NCBI RefSeq assembly: GCF_009914755.1
Contig: NC_060948.1
Direction: 5' to 3' (one strand)
Origin: the human T2T-CHM13v2.0 reference genome, Homo sapiens
DNA: 64,000 nt
The translations under genes were made by a program, and so were the position numbers. Below are positions 1-11,438 of this stretch, piece by piece (positions within the stretch are counted from its first letter, which is position 1; each line of letters starts with the position of its first letter). The notes under the pieces are model-generated. The model saw nothing but the letters and a program-made list of their open reading frames with translations, had not been told where the DNA came from and did not search any database.

Positions 1-1276
1 AATGGAATCTATTGGAATGGACTGTAATGGAATGGAATGGAAGGGATTGGAATGGACTCGAATGGAATGGACTGCAATAGAAAGGATTCGAATGGAATGA
101 AAAAGAATTGAATGGAATAGAACAGAATGGAATCAAATCGAATGAAATGGAATGGAATAGAAAGGAATGGAATGAAATGGAATGGAAAGGATTCGAATGG
201 AATGCAATCGAATGGAATGGAATCGAACGGAATGGAATAAAATGGAAGAAAACTGGCAAGAAATGGAATCGAAATGAATGGAGTGTTATGGAACGGACTC
301 AAAAGGAATTGAATGTAATAGAATGGAGTGGAGAGGACTCGAATATAATGGACTGGAATGGAATGAAATCACATGGAATGGGAACGAATGGAATGGAATG
401 GAAAGGAATGGAATCGAATGGAAAGGAATCGAATGGAAGGGAATGAAATTGAATCAACAGGAATGGAAGGGAATAGAATAGACGGTAATGGAATGGACTC
501 GAATAGAATGGACACGAATGCTCAAATTAAATGGACTCGAATGGAATGGAAAAGAAAGGAATGTCATCGAATGGAATTGAATCGATTGGAATGAAATCGC
601 ATAGAATGGAGTGGAATCAAATGGAATTGAATCGAAAGGAAAGGAAGCGAATGGACTGAAATGAAATGGAATGGAATTGAATGGAAAGTAATGCAATGGA
701 ATAGAATGGAACGAAATTTCACGGAATGGAATCAAACTGAATGGAATCAAATCAATGGAATCAAATCAAATGGAATGGAAAGGAATTGAATGGAGTAGAT
801 GGGATTGGATGGGATTGGAATGAAATGTACTGGAAAGGACTCGAATTTCATGAAACGGAATGGAATGAATTGGAACGGAATGGACTCGAATGGAATGGAA
901 TGTCATGGGATGGCATCAAACGGAATGGCATCAAATGGAATGGAATCGAATGCAATGGAATGCTATGGAATGGAATGGAATGCATTGGAATGGAATGTCC
1001 TCTAATGGAATGGATTCGAGTGGAATGGAATTGAATATAATGGAGTCGAATGAAATGGAATTGAAAGGAATGGGATCGAATACAATGGAATATACTGGAA
1101 TGTAACGTAATGAACTCGAATGTAATTGACTGGAATGGAATGTACATGAATGGAATGTAATCGAATGGAAAGTAATCCAATGGAATAGAATCTAATGCAA
1201 TAAAATCGACTCAGATAGAGTAGAATGTAATGGAATGGAGTGCAGTGCAATGGAATGGAATGGAATGGAATGCAAT

Positions 1277-1296
1277 GGAATGGAATGGAATGGAAT
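1277..1296 (+). repeat. Variable-length pure (GGAAT)n tract, one per unit (4-10 pentamers)
   Basis: Lies downstream of gtgcagtgcaat and ends at gggatggaatggtat; length differs between units. Confidence 0.9.
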
Positions 1297-1510
1297 GGGA
1301 TGGAATGGTATGGAATGGATAGTAATGGACTGGAGTGAAATGGACTGGAAAGGAATGGACTCAAATTGAAAGGGCACGAAAGGAATGGAGTCAAATGGAA
1401 TGGTCTGGAATGGAATGAACACGAATGTAATGCAACCCAATAGAATGGAATCGAATGGCATGGAATATAAAGAAATGGAATCGAAGAGAATGGAAACAAA
1501 TGGAATGGAA

Positions 1511-1664
1511 TTGAATGGAATGGGAACGAATGGAGTGAAATTGTATGCAGTAGAAGTGAATAGAATGGAATGCAAGCGAAAGGAAAGGAATGGATTGGAA
1601 TGGAATGGAATTCATTGGAATGGAAGGGAATGTATTGTAATGGACAGGCCTGGAATAAAGTGGA
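1511..1664 (+). other. DYZ1 diagnostic segment (154 bp between the classic Y-repeat PCR primer sites; includes the EcoRI and StuI/HaeIII sites), one per unit
   Basis: ttgaatggaatgggaacgaatgg ... ggaattc ... ggacaggcctggaataaagtgga. Primer identity is from memory, not from a search. Confidence 0.85.
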
Positions 1665-2021
1665 ATGCTACGGTCTCGAATGGAATAAAAATGTATGGAA
1701 TGGAATGCAATGAAACGGAATCGAATGTCATAGAATGTAATGGAATGCAAAAAAATGGAATCCAAAATCATTGACTGGAAAGGCTGGGTGTCGAAAGGAA
1801 TTGACTCCAATGGAATGGAATCGAATGGAATGGAAGTGAATAGAATCGAACTAAATCGAATGGAATGGAATTGATAGGAACGGAATGGAAAGGAATGCAA
1901 TGATTTGGCATGGAATGGAATCGAATGGCATCGAATGGAATGGAATGGAATGCAATGGAATGGAATGTATTAGAATGGAATGAACTTTAATGGAATGTAC
2001 TCGAATGGATTCGACTGGAAT

Positions 2022-2036
2022 GGAATGTTCTGGAAG
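2022..2036. promoter_or_regulatory. Perfect heat-shock element nGAAnnTTCnnGAAn (site 1, gGAAtgTTCtgGAAg), 376 bp after each StuI site; intact in all 18 units
   Basis: Motif read directly in each unit (e.g. 2022, 5570, 9149, 11815 ... 60739). Function is inferred from the HSF1 consensus. Confidence 0.6.
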
Positions 2037-3346
2037 TGAATGGACTCCAATGGAATGGATTCAAAAGGAATGGAATCGTACGGAATGGAATCTAATGGAA
2101 TGGAATTAAATGGAAATGAATCAAATTGAATAGCACGGAATTGAATTGAATGGAATGGAATGCAATGGAATCTAATGAAACGGAAAGGAAAGGAATGGAA
2201 TGGAATGGAATGGGCTGGAATGGAAAGGAATCGAAACGAATGGAATGGAATCGAACTGAAGAGACTGGAATGGAATGCACTGGAATGGAAGGGAGTGTAA
2301 TGGAAGGTTGTCGAAAAAAATGGAATCGAATGGAATGGAATTGAATGGAACGGAATAGAGTCGAATGGAATTGAATGGAATGGAATGGACTAGAGTGAAA
2401 TGGAATCGAACCACAAGGAATGGACAGGAATAGAATGGTCTCGAATTGAATGGAATCGTATGGAATGGCATCAAACGGAATGGAATGGACAGCCACGGAA
2501 TGGAATGCACTCGAATGCAATGAAGTCGAAACTAACGGACTGGAATAGAATGGACTCGACTGGTACGGACTCCAATGGAATGGAATCGAATGGAAGGGAA
2601 TCGAACGGAAGGGAATCGAACGGAATGGACTCGAAGGGAAAAGACTGCAATGGAAAGGTCTCGAATGGAATGGAAATTAATGGAATGGAATGGAATCGAA
2701 TGAAATGGAGTCAAAAGGAATGGAATCGAATGGCAAGAAATCGAATGTAATGGAATCGCCAGGAATTGATGTGAACGGAACGGAATGGAATGGAATCCAA
2801 AGGAATGGAATAGAATGGAATGGAATCGAATGGAAAGGACTCGAATGGAAATCACTCGAATAGAATGCAATTTAATAAAATAGGATCAAATGTAATGGAA
2901 TGGAATGGAAAGGAATCGAAACGAAAGGAATGGAGACAGATGGAATGGAATGGAACAGAGAGCAATGGTATAGAATGGAATGGAATCATCTGGAATGGAA
3001 TTGAATGGAATGGAATAATATGAAATGGAATGGAATGGAATGGAATGGAATGGAATGCCCTTGAATTAAATGGACTGGAATGGAATGGACTCAAACAGAG
3101 TGGAATGGAAAGTGTGGAGGTAGAATGGAATGAACTCCTTTGGAATGGACTAGTAGGCAATGCAATCGACTGGCAGGGAATCAAAAGGAATGTAATCGAA
3201 TGGATTGGACTGGAATGCAATGGACTCGAATAGATTGGAAACGGAATGCAAAGAATGGAATGGAATAGTATGGAATGGAATGGAAAGGAATGGAGTGGAA
3301 TAGACTAGAGTGGAATGGAATGGACTGGAAAGCAATGGACTGGAAT

Positions 3347-3361
3347 GGAACTTTCTTGAAT
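3347..3361. promoter_or_regulatory. Perfect heat-shock element (site 3, gGAActTTCttGAAt); intact in 12 of 18 units
   Basis: Motif read directly; the last GAA is GGA in six units (~10460, 23782, 34456, 51363, 54912, 58471). Confidence 0.55.
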
Positions 3362-6300
3362 GGACTGGAATCAAACGGAATGGAATGCAATGCAATCAAA
3401 TGGCATGGAATAAAATAGAATGAAAGAGAATCAAATGGAATTGAATCGAATGGAATCGAATGGATTGGAAAGGAATAGAATGGAATGGAATGGAATTGAC
3501 TCAAATGGAATGGACTAGAATGGAATGGATTCGAATGGAAGGCAAAGGAATGGAATCTATTGGAATGGACTGTAATGGAATGGAATGGAAGGGATTGGAA
3601 TGGACTCGAATGGAATGGACTGCAATAGAAAGGATTCGAATGGAATGAAAAAGAATTGAATGGAATAGAACAGAATGGAATCAAATCGAATGAAATGGAA
3701 TGGAATAGAAAGGAATGGAATGAAATGGAATGGAAAGGATTCGAATGGAATGCAATCGAATGGAATGGAATCGAACGGAATGGAATAAAATGGAAGAAAA
3801 CTGGCAAGAAATGCAATCGAAATGAATGGAGTGTTATGGAACGGACTCAAAAGGAATTGAATGTAATAGAATGGAGTGGAGTGGACTCGAATATAATGGA
3901 CTGGAATGGAATGAAATCACATGGAATGGGAACGAATGGAATGGAATGGAAAGGAATGGAATCGAATGGAAAGGAATCGAATGGAAGGGAATGAAATTGA
4001 ATCAACAGGAATGGAAGGGAATAGAATAGACGGTAATGGAATGGACTCGAATAGAATGGACACGAATGCTCAAATTAAATGGACTCGAATGGAATGGAAA
4101 CGAAAGGAATGTCATCGAATGGAATTGAATCGATTGGAATGAAATCGCATAGAATGGAGTGGAATCAAATGGAATTGAATCGAAAGGAAAGGAAACGAAT
4201 GGACTGAAATGAAATGGAATGGAATTGAATGGAAAGTAATGCAATGGAATAGAATGGAACGAAATTTCACGGAATGGAATCAAACTGAATGGAATCAAAT
4301 CAATGGAATCAAATCAAATGGAATGGAAAGGAATTGAATGGAGTAGATGGGATTGGATGGGATTGGAATGAAATGTACTGGAAAGGACTCGAATTTCATG
4401 AAACGGAATGGAATGAATTGGAACGGAATGGACTCGAATGGAATGGAATGTCATGGGATGGCATCAAACGGAATGGCATCAAATGGAATGGAATCGAATG
4501 CAATGGAATGCTATGGAATGGAATGGAATGCATTGGAATGGAATGTCCTCTAATGGAATGGATTCGAGTGGAATGGAATTGAATATAATGGAGTCGAATG
4601 AAATGGAATTGAAAGGAATGGGATCGAATACAATGGAATATACTGGAATGTAACGTAATGAACTCGAATGTAATTGACTGGAATGGAATGTACATGAATG
4701 GAATGTAATCGAATGGAAAGTAATCCAATGGAATAGAATCTAATGCAATAAAATCGACTCAGATAGAGTAGAATGTAATGGAATGGAGTGCAGTGCAATG
4801 GAATGGAATGGAATGGAATGCAATGGAATGGAATGGAATGGAATGGGATGGAATGGTATGGAATGGATAGTAATGGACTGGAGTGAAATGGACTGGAAAG
4901 GAATGGACTCAAATTGAAAGGGCACGAAAGGAATGGAGTCAAATGGAATGGTCTGGAATGGAATGAACACGAATGTAATGCAACCCAATAGAATGGAATC
5001 GAATGGCATGGAATATAAAGAAATGGAATCGAAGAGAATGGAAACAAATGGAATGGAATTGAATGGAATGGGAACGAATGGAGTGAAATTGTATGCAGTA
5101 GAAGTGAATAGAATGGAATGCAAGCGAAAGGAAAGGAATGGATTGGAATGGAATGGAATTCATTGGAATGGAAGGGAATGTATTGTAATGGACAGGCCTG
5201 GAATAAAGTGGAATGCTACGGTCTCGAATGGAATAAAAATGTATGGAATGGAATGCAATGAAACGGAATCGAATGTCATAGAATGTAATGGAATGCAAAA
5301 AAATGGAATCCAAAATCATTGACTGGAAAGGCTGGGTGTCGAAAGGAATTGACTCCAATGGAATGGAATCGAATGGAATGGAAGTGAATAGAATCGAACT
5401 AAATCGAATGGAATGGAATTGATAGGAACGGAATGGAAAGGAATGCAATGATTTGGCATGGAATGGAATCGAATGGCATCGAATGGAATGGAATGGAATG
5501 CAATGGAATGGAATGTATTAGAATGGAATGAACTTTAATGGAATGTACTCGAATGGATTCGACTGGAATGGAATGTTCTGGAAGTGAATGGACTCCAATG
5601 GAATGGATTCAAAAGGAATGGAATCGTACGGAATGGAATCTAATGGAATGGAATTAAATGGAAATGAATCAAATTGAATAGCACGGAATTGAATTGAATG
5701 GAATGGAATGCAATGGAATCTAATGAAACGGAAAGGAAAGGAATGGAATGGAATGGAATGGGCTGGAATGGAAAGGAATCGAAACGAATGGAATGGAATC
5801 GAACTGAAGAGACTGGAATGGAATGCACTGGAATGGAAGGGAGTGTAATGGAAGGTTGTCGAAAAAAATGGAATCGAATGGAATGGAATTGAATGGAACG
5901 GAATAGAGTCGAATGGAATTGAATGGAATGGAATGGACTAGAGTGAAATGGAATCGAACCACAAGGAATGGACAGGAATAGAATGGTCTCGAATTGAATG
6001 GAATCGTATGGAATGGCATCAAACGGAATGGAATGGACAGCCACGGAATGGAATGCACTCGAATGCAATGAAGTCGAAACTAACGGACTGGAATAGAATG
6101 GACTCGACTGGTACGGACTCCAATGGAATGGAATCGAATGGAAGGGAATCGAACGGAAGGGAATCGAACGGAATGGACTCGAAGGGAAAAGACTGCAATG
6201 GAAAGGTCTCGAATGGAATGGAAATTAATGGAATGGAATGGAATCGAATGAAATGGAGTCAAAAGGAATGGAATCGAATGGCAAGAAATCGAATGTAATG

Positions 6301-8772
6301 GAATCGCCAGGAATTGATGTGAACGGAACGGAATGGAATGGAATCCAAAGGAATGGAATAGAATGGAATGGAATCGAATGGAAAGGACTCGAATGGAAAT
6401 CACTCGAATAGAATGCAATTTAATAAAATAGGATCAAATGTAATGGAATGGAATGGAAAGGAATCGAAACGAAAGGAATGGAGACAGATGGAATGGAATG
6501 GAACAGAGAGCAATGGTATAGAATGGAATGGAATCATCTGGAATGGAATTGAATGGAATGGAATAATATGAAATGGAATGGAATGGAATGGAATGGAATG
6601 GAATGCCCTTGAATTAAATGGACTGGAATGGAATGGACTCAAACAGAGTGGAATGGAAAGTGTGGAGGTAGAATGGAATGAACTCCTTTGGAATGGACTA
6701 GTAGGCAATGCAATCGACTGGCAGGGAATCAAAAGGAATGTAATCGAATGGATTGGACTGGAATGCAATGGACTCGAATAGATTGGAAACGGAATGCAAA
6801 GGAATGGAATGGAATAGTATGGAATGGAATGGAAAGGAATGGAGTGGAATAGACTAGAGTGGAATGGAATGGACTGGAAAGCAATGGACTGGAATGGAAC
6901 TTTCTTGAATGGACTGGAATCAAACGGAATGGAATGCAATGCAATCAAATGGCATGGAATAAAATAGAATGAAAGAGAATCAAATGGAATTGAATCGAAT
7001 GGAATCGAATGGATTGGAAAGGAATAGAATGGAATGGAATGGAATTGACTCAAATGGAATGGACTAGAATGGAATGGATTCGAATGGAAGGCAAAGGAAT
7101 GGAATCTATTGGAATGGACTGTAATGGAATGGAATGGAAGGGATTGGAATGGACTCGAATGGAATGGACTGCAATAGAAAGGATTCGAATGGAATGAAAA
7201 AGAATTGAATGGAATAGAACAGAATGGAATCAAATCGAATGAAATGGAATGGAATAGAAAGGAATGGAATGAAATGGAATGGAAAGGATTCGAATGGAAT
7301 GCAATCGAATGGAATGGAATCGAACGGAATGGAATAAAATGGAAGAAAACTGGCAAGAAATGCAATCGAAATGAATGGAGTGTTATGGAACGGACTCAAA
7401 AGGAATTGAATGTAATAGAATGGAGTGGAGTGGACTCGAATATAATGGACTGGAATGGAATGAAATCACATGGAATGGGAACGAATGGAATGGAATGGAA
7501 AGGAATGGAATCGAATGGAAAGGAATCGAATGGAAGGGAATGAAATTGAATCAACAGGAATGGAAGGGAATAGAATAGACGGTAATGGAATGGACTCGAA
7601 TAGAATGGACACGAATGCTCAAATTAAATGGACTCGAATGGAATGGAAACGAAAGGAATGTCATCGAATGGAATTGAATCGATTGGAATGAAATCGCATA
7701 GAATGGAGTGGAATCAAATGGAATTGAATCGAAAGGAAAGGAAGCGAATGGACTGAAATGAAATGGAATGGAATTGAATGGAAAGTAATGCAATGGAATA
7801 GAATGGAACGAAATTTCACGGAATGGAATCAAACTGAATGGAATCAAATCAATGGAATCAAATCAAATGGAATGGAAAGGAATTGAATGGAGTAGATGGG
7901 ATTGGATGGGATTGGAATGAAATGTACTGGAAAGGACTCGAATTTCATGAAACGGAATGGAATGAATTGGAAAGGAATGGACTCGAATGGAATGGAATGT
8001 CATGGGATGGCATCAAATGGAATGGCATCAAATGGAATGGAATCGAATGCAATGGAATGCTATGGAATGGAATGGAATGCATTGGAATGGAATGTCCTCT
8101 AATGGAATGGATTCGAGTGGAATGGAATTGAATATAATGGAGTCGAATGAAATGGAATTGAAAGGAATGGGATCGAATACAATGGAATATACTGGAATGT
8201 AACGTAATGAACTCGAATGTAATTGACTGGAATGGAATGTACATGAATGGAATGTAATCGAATGGAAAGTAATCCAATGGAATAGAATCTAATGCAATAA
8301 AATCGACTCAGATAGAGTAGAATGTAATGGAATGGAGTGCAGTGCAATGGAATGGAATGGAATGGAATGCAATGGAATGGAATGGAATGGAATGGAATGG
8401 AATGGAATGGGATGGAATGGTATGGAATGGATAGTAATGGACTGGAGTGAAATGGACTGGAAAGGAATGGACTCAAATTGAAAGGGCTCGAAAGGAATGG
8501 AGTCAAATGGAATGGTCTGGAATGGAATGAACACGAATGTAATGCAACCCAATAGAATGGAATCGAATGGCATGGAATATAAAGAAATGGAATCGAAGAG
8601 AATGGAAACAAATGGAATGGAATTGAATGGAATGGAATTGAATGGAATGGGAACGAATGGAGTGAAATTGTATGCAGTAGAAGAGAATAGAATGGAATGC
8701 AAGCGAAAGGAAAGGAATGGATTGGAATGGAATGGAATTCATTGGAATGGAAGGGAATGTAGTGTAATGGAC

Positions 8773-11438
8773 AGGCCTGGAATAAAGTGGAATGCTACGG
8801 TCTCGAATGGAATAAAAATGTATGGAATGGAATGCAATGAAACGGAATCGAATGTCATAGAATGTAATGGAATGCAAAAAAATGGAATCCAAAATCATTG
8901 ACTGGAAAGGCTGGGTGTCGAAAGGAATTGACTCCAATGGAATGGAATCGAATGGAATGGAAGTGAATAGAATCGAACTAAATCGAATGGAATGGAATTG
9001 ATAGGAACGGAATGGAAAGGAATGCAATGATTTGGCATGGAATGGAATCGAATGGCATCGAATGGAATGGAATGGAATGCAATGGAATGGAATGTATTAG
9101 AATGGAATGAACTTTAATGGAATGTACTCGAATGGATTCGACTGGAATGGAATGTTCTGGAAGTGAATGGACTCCAATGGAATGGATTCAAAAGGAATGG
9201 AATCGTACGGAATGGAATCTAATGGAATGGAATTAAATGGAAATGAATCAAATTGAATAGCACGGAATTGAATTGAATGGAATGGAATGCAATGGAATCT
9301 AATGAAACGGAAAGGAAAGGAATGGAATGGAATGGAATGGGCTGGAATGGAAAGGAATCGAAACGAATGGAATGGAATCGAACTGAAGAGACTGGAATGG
9401 AATGCACTGGAATGGAAGGGAGTGTAATGGAAGGTTCTCGAAAAAAATGGAATCGAATGGAATGGAATTGAATGGAACGGAATAGAGTCGAATGGAATTG
9501 AATGGAATGGAATGGACTAGAGTGAAATGGAATCGAACCACAAGGAATGGACAGGAATAGAATGGTCTCGAATTGAATGGAATCGTATGGAATGGCATCA
9601 AACGGAATGGAATGGACAGCCACGGAATGGAATGCACTCGAATGCAATGGAGTCGAAACTAACGGACTGGAATAGAATGGACTCGATTGGTACGGACTCC
9701 AATGGAATGGAATCGAATGGAAGGGAATCGAACGGAAGGGAATCGAACGGAATGGACTCGAAGGGAAAAGACTGCAATGGAAAGGTCTCGAATGGAATGG
9801 AAATTAATGGAATGGAATGGAATCGAATGAAATGGAGTCAAAAGGAATGGAATCGAATGGCAAGAAATCGAATGTAATGGAATCGCAAGGAATTGATGTG
9901 AACGGAACGGAATGGAATGGAATCCAAAGGAATGGAATAGAATGGAATGGAATCGAATGGAAAGGACTCGAATGGAAATCACTCGAATAGAATGCAATTT
10001 AATAAAATAGGATCAAATGTAATAGAATGGAATGGAAAGGAATCGAAACGGAAGGAATGGAGACAGATGGAATGGAATGGAACAGAGAGCAATGGTATAG
10101 AATGGAATGGAATCATCTGGAATGGAATTGAATGGAATGGAATAATATGAAATGGAATGGAATGGAATGGAATGTAATGCCCTTGAATTAAATGGACTGG
10201 ACTCGAACAGAGTGGAATGGAAAGTGTTGAGATAGAATGGAATGGACTCCTTTGGAATGGTCTAGTATGCAATGCAATCGACTGGCAGGGAATCAAAAGG
10301 AATGTAATCGAATGGATTGGACTGGAATGCAATGGACTCGAATAGATTGGAAACGGAATGCAAAGGAATGGAATGGAATAGTATGGAATGCAATGGAAGG
10401 GAATGGAGTGGAATAGACTAGAGTGGAATGGAATGGACTGGAAAGCAATGGACTGGAATGGAACTTTCTTGGATGGATTGGAATCAAACGGAATGGAATG
10501 CAATGCAATCAAATGGCATGGAATAAAATAGAATGAAAGAGAATCAAATGGAATTGAATCGAATGGAATCGAATGGATTGGAAAGGAATAGAATGGAATG
10601 GAATGGAATTGACTCAAATGGAATGGACTAGAATGGAATGGATTCGAATGGAATGGAATGTCATGGAATGGCATCAAATGGAATGGCATCAAATGGAATG
10701 GAATCGAATGCAATGGAATGCTATGGAATGGAATGGAATGCATTGGAATGGAATGTCCTCTAATGGAATGGATTCGAGTGGAATGGAATTGAATATAATG
10801 GAGTCGAATGAAATGGAATTGAAAGGAATGGGATCGAATACAATGGAATATACTGGAATGTAACGTAATGAACTCGAATGTAATTGACTGGAATGGAATG
10901 TACATGAATGGAATGTAATCGAATGGAAAGTAATCCAATGGAATAGAATCTAATGCAATAAAATCGACTCAGATAGAGTAGAATGTAATGGAATGGAGTG
11001 CAGTGCAATGGAATGGAATGGAATGGAATGCAATGGAATGGAATGGAATGGAATGGAATGGAATGGAATGGAATGGGATGGAATGGTATGGAATGGATAG
11101 TAATGGACTGGAGTGAAATGGACTGGAAAGGAATGGACTCAAATTGAAAGGGCTCGAAAGGAATGGAGTCAAATGGAATGGTCTGGAATGGAATGAACAC
11201 GAATGTAATGCAATCCAATAGAATGGAATCGAATGGCATGGAATATAAAGAAATGGAATCGAAGAGAATGGAAACAAATGGAATGGAATTGAATGGAATG
11301 GAATTGAATGGAATGTGAACGAATGGAGTGAAATTGTATGCAGTAGAAGAGAATAGAATGGAATGCAAGCGAAAGGAAAGGAATGGATTGGAATGGAATG
11401 GAATTCATTGGAATGGAAGGGAATGTAGTGTAATGGAC
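8773..11438 (+). repeat. Truncated DYZ1 unit, 2666 bp (903-bp internal deletion, junction at 10644-10653)
   Basis: StuI spacing is 2666 bp. The sequence runs ctagaatggaatggattcgaatggaa directly into tggaatgtcatgg; these two sites lie 903 bp apart in intact units (3531 vs 4434). Confidence 0.95.
9429..9443. promoter_or_regulatory. Perfect heat-shock element (site 2, gGAAggTTCtcGAAa); intact in 16 of 18 units
   Basis: Motif read directly; mutated to ggTTGtc in the first two units (2302, 5850). Confidence 0.55.

Larger units (their letters stand above)
270..7970 (+). repeat. Recent tandem duplication of one DYZ1 unit (period 3548-3549 bp)
   Basis: Private variants shared by the two copies: catcaaacgg (~920/4468), gtagaagtga (~1551/5099), tgtattgta (1631/5179), ggttgtcg (2306/5854), tgaagtcg (2521/6069), gtggaggtag (~3114/6662), aatgcaatcgaaat (~3811/7360). 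Confidence 0.85.

Noticed and set aside
718-726. STAT-like TTCACGGAA, plus TTCATTGGAA (1611) and the palindrome TTCATGAA (847)
   Set aside because: With GAA every 5 bp, almost any TTC yields some TTC-Nx-GAA spacing; these are single short matches with no supporting evidence.
1200-3420. AATAAA hexamers (~1199, 1654, 1684, 2874, 3409) as polyadenylation signals
   Set aside because: They arise readily from GGAAT-AAAAT pentamer variants; there is no downstream GU-rich element or transcript evidence in the sequence.
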